A stretch of 64,000 bases of DNA. Source: Clostridium sp. CAG:288 (GTDB lineage Bacteria; Bacillota_I; Bacilli_A; RFN20; CAG-288). The stretch is taken from contig FR898180.1 in the NCBI GenBank assembly GCA_000437395.1, forward strand, positions 3,377-67,376, read 5' to 3'. Made by a program: the position numbers and the translations under genes. The notes under the pieces were generated by a model, which was not told the origin of the DNA, ran no database searches, and saw nothing but the letters and a program-made list of their open reading frames with translations. Positions 57,787-64,000 of this stretch are shown piece by piece (within the stretch, counting starts at the first letter, position 1; every line of letters begins with the position of its first letter).

Positions 57787-58679
57787 GCTGGTATTTTCTC
57801 CTCAATATAACCTTCTTTAACAAAATGATTCTTAACTAATTGCATTACTCTACGCATATCGTGGTGAGCTGCAAAGTCTAATCTCAAGCCAAAAATTAAT
57901 TCCCATTCTGCTAAATTTGTTGTTACAACGATTGAAGTTTTTAAAGCGTTAGGTAAGATTGCTCTAGCTTTGTCTGGTGTTACTTTTCTAGATGCAAGAT
58001 CCATATAGCCTTTTTCTATTGTAGTAAAAACAGTTTCATATATATCCTTGTTTTCTTCATAATCTATAGGTTTAATAAAAGATAGTTCTCCATTAAACTT
58101 ATTTTTTGAATAATTACAATATCTTGTAGATTCTTGAGCAAACGAGCATCTTCTATGACGAACTAATTCGTGAGATACACCTCTATCTGTAATTATTTTC
58201 ATAGTAACAAATTGGTGAATCTTTCTTTCTTCATATGATAACTTAGAAATTTCTTCACTGCTTAAAATTCTAATATTCTCATTGCTTTCAACTTCAAAAT
58301 CTTTAAAGAAAACATCTTTTACTCTTTGGCTTAAAGCCGATATCAAAACAAGAAGTGGATTATCAAATTCTTTTCTTGCATATGCTTCAGCAATTGGTCT
58401 TAAACTAAGCGTAACTAAATAAACATCATTTTTATTTGACATGTAAACAAAAGGATTATTTATATTTTTTATTTCATAATATAATTCTTTATTTACAACA
58501 AATGTCAATGCCTTATGTTCAACCATTGCAAAGTGACAATTATTTATAAGTCTGCTAACAAAAGGAGCTTCATCAGGTTCTTTTGGAGTGGATAAATAAC
58601 AATTTCTAGCCACTTTAGCGATCATATCAATCGTATCATCTATTTTTATTTCTTCAACTGATGGTTCAACTAATTTCAT
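57783..58679 (-). CDS. thyX: flavin-dependent thymidylate synthase ThyX
   Basis: ELVRHRRCSFAQESTRY carries the ThyX signature RHR-x7-S followed by xRY. At 298 aa it is longer than typical ThyX. It overlaps the pheT stop by ATGA. Confidence 0.65.
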   Translation of the reverse strand: MKLVEPSVEEIKIDDTIDMIAKVARNCYLSTPKEPDEAPFVSRLINNCHFAMVEHKALTFVVNKELYYEIKNINNPFVYMSNKNDVYLVTLSLRPIAEAYARKEFDNPLLVLISALSQRVKDVFFKDFEVESNENIRILSSEEISKLSYEERKIHQFVTMKIITDRGVSHELVRHRRCSFAQESTRYCNYSKNKFNGELSFIKPIDYEENKDIYETVFTTIEKGYMDLASRKVTPDKARAILPNALKTSIVVTTNLAEWELIFGLRLDFAAHHDMRRVMQLVKNHFVKEGYIEEKIPA

Positions 58680-61036
58680 TGTTTCAAACTCACTTTCAAT
58701 TTTTCAGTAACATTTTTAATTATATTGTTCATAGTTTTAGTTATTTCTGCATCTGAAAGTGTATGATCAGAAGAAAGTGTGAAATTCAAAGCAATTGATT
58801 TTTCACCATCTTTTTCATAAATATCAAATACATCAACTGACTTAACTAATTGTCCACCTGCTTTCTTAGCAGCCGTAATTAAATCTTTGCATGTTAATTC
58901 TGGTGGACAGACAAATGAAAGGTCTCTGAATACTGGTGGGAAAATGGAAATAGCTGTAAACTTAGTCTTTCCTGTTTTAATATTGAAGACATAGTTTAAA
59001 TCTAATTCACCTACTACCATCTCTTTATATCCAAGTGATGGGTGTAATTCACCAATAGTACCGACCAAATCTTTACCAATCATAATGTCAGCTGAACGTC
59101 CTGGGTGGAAAGATTTATTAACTGATGGAACAAATGAATATCTCTTTTCATCTATACCAAGCAAGTCAAGAATACCGGTAACAACGCCTTTAATATCGTA
59201 AAAATCTTTTATTGGATTAACTATGTTGCCCTGATCGTGTTTTTTGCCAGACATAACAATAGCTAATCTTAAACCATTTGGTTCACCTTTAATGTCAACT
59301 GAAGAAACTTCAAACATATTGAAGTCGTTGTTTTTTCTATCTCTATTATATTTAGCAACTTCTATTAATGAAGGCAAAACTGAAATACGTACATACATGT
59401 GATCAGCTGTCATTGGATTAATAATCTTATATGGTTCATGGGCTTTAAAAACGTTAGGACCACTTATTTTTTGTTCATCGACAAGAGTATATGTTAATGC
59501 TTCATTGAAGCCATTAGCAATTAAGTGTTCTCTTACCTTTCTACGTTTTGCTTGAGTCTCGCTTAATTCACCATGTGTTTGTGGCATATCTTTTAATGAA
59601 AGTTCTATTCTAGCTGGATCGTTTAGTCTAAAGACTTCTTCTTCAATGTCACATTGTTCTTTTAAATCCAGTCTATCATATGGTGGATATAAAACATTTC
59701 CTTCTTTTTTAACATTAATTCTTCTCAAGATATCCTCTACCTCAGCTTCAGAGAAATTAGAGCCAAGTCGATTATTTAATTTATCTAAAGAATAATCTAT
59801 ATGAGCATTAAATTCAGGAACTTCATTATACTTTGTATAAGAAACTAATTTAGTATTTGGAGATAATTTATTAATTAAAGCTACTGTATATTGCATAGCT
59901 TCATCAACCAAATATGGATTGACGCCTTTAATAAATCTTGCTGATGAATCGCTAGCTAAACCTGTTCTAACAACTATTCTACGGACAGATGCATGATAGA
60001 AGTGAGCAGCTTCAATACCGATATGAGATGTGTTTTCATCACATTCAACATTCTTTCCGCCCATTACGCCGGCTAAACACATAGGTTTTGTACCATCTGT
60101 TACAACTAAATCACCTTTGATGACATCGTATTCTTTATCATCTAAAGCTAAGAATTTTCCGCAGTAATCATCTTTAACTACAAATGAATTACTATCAATC
60201 TTGCTTAAGTCATACATGTGAAGAGGTTGACCAGTTATAAGCATTGAAAGGTTGCCAATATCAACTATGAGATTAATAGAACGTATTCCCATAGCTTGGA
60301 GATATCTTTCCATAATAAGTGGTGTCTTATTTTCAGTAAAGCCATTGATTTCTAACAAACTAAATGATTTACAATTTTCTGTTTCACTTCTAACATCAAT
60401 TTTCTTTTCTAAGTTGTTTATTAGAGGTAAATCAATCTTTTTAAGTGGTCTATCTAAAATTGTGCTTAATTCTTTGGCCATACCTAATACTGATAAACAG
60501 TCAGGTCTATTAGCTAAAATATTAATATCGAACAAATAGTCATCTAAGCCTAAGTGTTTTAAAATTTCTTCATCGCCTGGCAAATAGTCTTCAGGTAATT
60601 CTTCAATACCATTTAAAGAAGGTGAAGTTTCACTTAAAACAGATTTATCTAAGCCTAATTCTAAAAGTGAACAGCACATTCCATTAGATTCATAGCCTCT
60701 AATAACACCTTTTTTGATTGTTACATCTAATGCATCGAGTCTACAGCCTTCTAATGCAACAATTACGTTTAAACCTTTACGAGCATTTGGAGCTCCGCAA
60801 ACAATATCTAAAACTCCATATTTAGAGCCACAATCTACTTTTAAAAGATGTAAGTGATTGCTATCTGGATGTTCTTCACATGAGAGAATGTGACCTGATA
60901 CCAATTTTGTGCCGCTGGCCAAATATTTTCCGCCTTCAACTTCAAAGCCAGAAAATGTTAATTTATTTGTAATTTCTTCAGGAGTTAAATCACTGATATC
61001 GATAAATTGATTTAATAAATTATATGAATGTACCAT
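58676..61036 (-). CDS. pheT: phenylalanine--tRNA ligase beta subunit
   Basis: 786 aa with tRNA-binding, B3/B4, B5 and FDX-ACB domains in the bacterial PheT order. Confidence 0.9.
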   Translation of the reverse strand: MVHSYNLLNQFIDISDLTPEEITNKLTFSGFEVEGGKYLASGTKLVSGHILSCEEHPDSNHLHLLKVDCGSKYGVLDIVCGAPNARKGLNVIVALEGCRLDALDVTIKKGVIRGYESNGMCCSLLELGLDKSVLSETSPSLNGIEELPEDYLPGDEEILKHLGLDDYLFDINILANRPDCLSVLGMAKELSTILDRPLKKIDLPLINNLEKKIDVRSETENCKSFSLLEINGFTENKTPLIMERYLQAMGIRSINLIVDIGNLSMLITGQPLHMYDLSKIDSNSFVVKDDYCGKFLALDDKEYDVIKGDLVVTDGTKPMCLAGVMGGKNVECDENTSHIGIEAAHFYHASVRRIVVRTGLASDSSARFIKGVNPYLVDEAMQYTVALINKLSPNTKLVSYTKYNEVPEFNAHIDYSLDKLNNRLGSNFSEAEVEDILRRINVKKEGNVLYPPYDRLDLKEQCDIEEEVFRLNDPARIELSLKDMPQTHGELSETQAKRRKVREHLIANGFNEALTYTLVDEQKISGPNVFKAHEPYKIINPMTADHMYVRISVLPSLIEVAKYNRDRKNNDFNMFEVSSVDIKGEPNGLRLAIVMSGKKHDQGNIVNPIKDFYDIKGVVTGILDLLGIDEKRYSFVPSVNKSFHPGRSADIMIGKDLVGTIGELHPSLGYKEMVVGELDLNYVFNIKTGKTKFTAISIFPPVFRDLSFVCPPELTCKDLITAAKKAGGQLVKSVDVFDIYEKDGEKSIALNFTLSSDHTLSDAEITKTMNNIIKNVTEKLKVSLKQ

Positions 61037-61040
61037 TTTA

Positions 61041-62072
61041 TTACTCCTTATTGAATTGATTTAAAACATTAACGTCATCGGTATAGAAACGTCTAATATC
61101 ATCAATTCCATACTTAAGCATTGCTAATCTTTCAATACCAACACCAAAGGCAAAACCTTGATACTCTTTATCATCAAAGCCGTTCATTCTTAAAACGTTA
61201 GGGTGAACCATACCACCACCTAATATTTCAATCCATCCGGTGTGCTTACAAAGTTTGCAACCTTTACCACCACACTCGAAGCAACTAACATCTACTTCAA
61301 TGCTTGGTTCCGTAAATGGGAAGTAACTTGGTCTAAATCTAACTTCTCTTTTTTCACCAAATAGGTGACGAATTAAAAGAGTTAATGTTTCCATGAGCGA
61401 ACCCATGTTAACATTTTTATCAATTACTAAGCATTCAATTTGACCAAATTGATGTGAGTGAGTAGCATCTTCATCTCTACGGAAAACTTTTCCAGGGCAA
61501 ATAATTTTAATAGGTGCTTGTCCTTTAGCAGCTTCCATTACATGAGCTTGAACAGGTGACGTATGGGATCTCATTAAAGTATTATCATCAATAAAGAAAC
61601 TATCTTGCATTTCTCTTGCTGGATGGTCGTGAGGAATATTAAGCAATTCAAAATTATATTTATCTAATTCTACTTCTGGACCTTCAGCGACTTTATATCC
61701 TAATCCAACAAAGTAATCTGTAACTTCATCAACTATTACTTGAAATGGATGTTTTGATCCTTTTTTATAATTTCTTCCTGGTAAAGTAATATCAATCTTT
61801 TCGCTTGCTAACTTTTTATTTAAAAGCGCTTCTTTAATTGAAGCTTCTTTTGCTTCAAAGTAAGACAAAATTTTTGCTTTTGCTTCATTTACTTCTTTAC
61901 CAAAAGCAGCTCTTTCTTCTTGAGCCATATCTTTAAGTGATTGCATTGCTTTGCTAAGTTCACTTTTTTTGCCAGCATATCTGGATTTTGCTTCATTTAA
62001 AGCTGGTAAAGAATCAATTTCATTAGACTCTTTTTTAGCTTTTTCAATGAGTTCATTAAGTTTTTCGTGCAT
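61041..62072 (-). CDS. pheS: phenylalanine--tRNA ligase alpha subunit
   Basis: HPAREMQDSF, FRRDEDATHSHQFGQIE, GFAFGVGIERLAM. AAAGGAG lies upstream of the ATG. Confidence 0.9.
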   Translation of the reverse strand: MHEKLNELIEKAKKESNEIDSLPALNEAKSRYAGKKSELSKAMQSLKDMAQEERAAFGKEVNEAKAKILSYFEAKEASIKEALLNKKLASEKIDITLPGRNYKKGSKHPFQVIVDEVTDYFVGLGYKVAEGPEVELDKYNFELLNIPHDHPAREMQDSFFIDDNTLMRSHTSPVQAHVMEAAKGQAPIKIICPGKVFRRDEDATHSHQFGQIECLVIDKNVNMGSLMETLTLLIRHLFGEKREVRFRPSYFPFTEPSIEVDVSCFECGGKGCKLCKHTGWIEILGGGMVHPNVLRMNGFDDKEYQGFAFGVGIERLAMLKYGIDDIRRFYTDDVNVLNQFNKE

Positions 62073-62143
62073 CTTAAAACTCCTTTAATAATAACGATAT
62101 AAGTATAACATTTTATTAGTTAATTCGTACACTATAATGTTTG

Positions 62144-62875
62144 CTAAAAATTAATTTTTTCTTTTGTCTTTTCATATAAACTGTTTTCAAAAAAATCATC
62201 TATTAATAAACCAGTCTTAATATCTTTTTTCTTTTGAATAATTTTTAAAATATTTCTTAAAATAAAGAAAAAGAGAGTAAAAATAATTGCCGTAATAGCT
62301 GCTAAGCGCCCCTTATAATTTATTCCAACAAGTATAGTTGCCATTAAAGTTATAACAAATTGAATGATTAAAAACAAAGTTATGTTCTTAAAATGCTTAT
62401 ACGATGTTCCTTTTTTCTTAAATTTATGAAGTTCAGTTCCAAAATTAATTAGCAAGCCAAAAACAAGTGAAATTGATTGACTCATTAAAACATCAAAGCC
62501 GTTTAAAAATCCAGACAATAATTTAGTAACTGATGTACTAGAATATGATTTTATTGGCATTGAAACACCTTTAACAATTATATTTTCAACTGTATCTGTC
62601 GGTGATGAAACAATTTTACGTGGTTTAGCTAAAGAAACAACAATACTTTCATTCTTAGGCTTTTTTCGAACATATTCCATATAATCTATTGCTGAACCGA
62701 TGCTATCAACTTTTTTTCTAGCTATAGGTATGATAGATGAAATTGTATTCAAACTTAAGTCTTGTTTTGAATAAGTTATTACTTTATTTTCATTTTCAAC
62801 ACCAATATTTGCAATTGATTTTTCTTTGTTAGCCTTAGCTTTTAAAAGCCTATTCTTAGTCTCTATTCCAGTCAT
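62144..62875 (-). CDS. hypothetical membrane protein (soluble N-terminal domain, C-terminal TM helices)
   Basis: 243 aa with no recognisable motif. Translationally coupled (ATGA) to the upstream hypothetical gene. Confidence 0.45.
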   Translation of the reverse strand: MTGIETKNRLLKAKANKEKSIANIGVENENKVITYSKQDLSLNTISSIIPIARKKVDSIGSAIDYMEYVRKKPKNESIVVSLAKPRKIVSSPTDTVENIIVKGVSMPIKSYSSTSVTKLLSGFLNGFDVLMSQSISLVFGLLINFGTELHKFKKKGTSYKHFKNITLFLIIQFVITLMATILVGINYKGRLAAITAIIFTLFFFILRNILKIIQKKKDIKTGLLIDDFFENSLYEKTKEKINF

Positions 62876-63699
62876 TTTTTACGAGTTGTCAAAGCTAGTT
62901 TTGACATTTTATATTTTTCAGTATCAGCTAATCTTACAAAAATATATGTATAGCAATATTGATAGTACTCTAAAGTTGATTGAAAGAACTTATTTGTATC
63001 ATAGCAAAACATATTATTTATCAATAAGTCTTCAAGCATTTCATAGTTTTTAGTCAACTTCTTTTTTCCTTTTTTAAAAGTTTCAATTAAATACTTAAGG
63101 TTATCTAAGCATTCAATGTTATAGATCGTTAAAGATTTATTTTCAAATTCTTGAGTTCGAATTGCAATTTTATTTGCATATTGATCAATAAGAGAATTAT
63201 AAAGTTCTTTTTCGCTATCTTCTAAAGTACTTAAATTCAATTTCTTTTCTGCTTTTTTAACTTCATTTAAAATTTTATCAAATTGCTCTTCACTTTCAGC
63301 TTCATCTAGTTTATTTAATTCAGTTTCCAAGAAAGTCAAAATTTCTTCATTTGTTTTTTTGGCATTATTTTTTATTTCTTTTTCAACATCTTTTCTTTTT
63401 GCATAAAATATCTCTTTTAATTTAGCAATTCTTTGATCAAGCTCACTAATTTCACTTAATTTCCCCTTAGTCAAAAAGCCGTATGTCAAAAATTTATTTT
63501 CTGCTTGAGTGAAAAAATTTAAGCTTTTTTCCATTTGTACAACGTCTAAATCAATGAATTTTTCCTCGATAAAATCTACATAACCAACCAAATATTTAAT
63601 ATTCTTAGGGTTATCGTTTATAAGATTAATAATAATTGTTTCAGCCTTTTTTAAATCGTTTAAAGCAAGGGCGTTTTCAAAATGTCTATATGCAAACAT
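62872..63699 (-). CDS. hypothetical coiled-coil/TPR-like protein
   Basis: 275 aa, lysine/glutamate-rich and helical. Forms a two-gene unit with 62144..62875. Confidence 0.45.
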   Translation of the reverse strand: MFAYRHFENALALNDLKKAETIIINLINDNPKNIKYLVGYVDFIEEKFIDLDVVQMEKSLNFFTQAENKFLTYGFLTKGKLSEISELDQRIAKLKEIFYAKRKDVEKEIKNNAKKTNEEILTFLETELNKLDEAESEEQFDKILNEVKKAEKKLNLSTLEDSEKELYNSLIDQYANKIAIRTQEFENKSLTIYNIECLDNLKYLIETFKKGKKKLTKNYEMLEDLLINNMFCYDTNKFFQSTLEYYQYCYTYIFVRLADTEKYKMSKLALTTRKK

Positions 63700-63809
63700 G
63701 TTTATATTATACCATCTTTTATTTAAAGAAAAAGTGGCACATTAAAAATGTATTTTTTATTTACTATTATTATTTCTAATGTTAAAATATTTTTGAGGAA
63801 ATATAGGAA

Positions 63810-64000
63810 ATGGCTTCACTAACTTATCTTGGTCACGCAAGTTTCCAAATTAAGACAGATAGTAAAAAAATCATCTATGTCGATCCGTTTTTTGGAGAAT
63901 ATAAGCTGAAAGCAGACTATGTTTTAATAACTCATGAACATTTTGATCACAATGACATTTCAAAAGTTAAGTTTTCAAATAACACGCGGATTATTAGGGC
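63810..64000 (+). CDS. 5' part of an MBL-fold metal-dependent hydrolase (UPF0173-like); continues beyond the window
   Basis: MASLTYLGHASFQIKTDSKKIIYVDPFF...LITHEHFDHN carries the HxHxDH beta-lactamase-fold motif. Confidence 0.6.
   Translation, partial: MASLTYLGHASFQIKTDSKKIIYVDPFFGEYKLKADYVLITHEHFDHNDISKVKFSNNTRIIR

Overview
This 64 kb window is low-GC (about 30% by eye) and densely coding. It reads as conserved chromosomal backbone of a spore-forming Firmicute, not an accessory island. Gene order closely follows the Bacillus subtilis yqe/yqf region: yqeG-yqeH-nadD/yqeK-rsfS, ispG, yqfT-like, nfo, cshB, aspS, hisS, relA, apt, yqfQ-like, ispH, nif3, trmK, sigA, dnaG, glyQS, recO, era, cdd, ybeY, yqfD, yqfC, dnaI, dnaB, then pfkA-pyk, thrS, mraZ-rsmH-ftsL and pheST. 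Sporulation markers are present: a SpoIVB C-terminus, an uninterrupted pro-sigma-K gene, and yqfC/yqfD. I found no rRNA, tRNA, CRISPR array, transposase or integrase (apart from the chromosomal XerD-type recombinase). Supported non-coding features are a threonine T-box leader upstream of thrS, several rho-independent terminators, and a cluster of consensus DnaA boxes in a 330-nt gap between convergent genes. Observations that merit a second look: (1) a small zinc-ribbon membrane-protein gene with an in-frame TAG falling exactly in its CPxCG motif; (2) a DnaI helicase-loader homolog with no canonical Walker A (GKT replaced by GRT, P-loop glycines lost); (3) a YqeG-like HAD protein that appears to lack the nucleophilic Asp; (4) a fused NadD-YqeK gene; (5) a C39-peptidase-like polytopic membrane protein where phoH/pgpH sit in Bacillus; (6) thyX embedded in the pheST operon; (7) a 15-nt motif, tagtagatatttagt, repeated exactly at two gene ends. 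All protein calls come from reading the supplied translations against motifs recalled from memory; no database search was possible.
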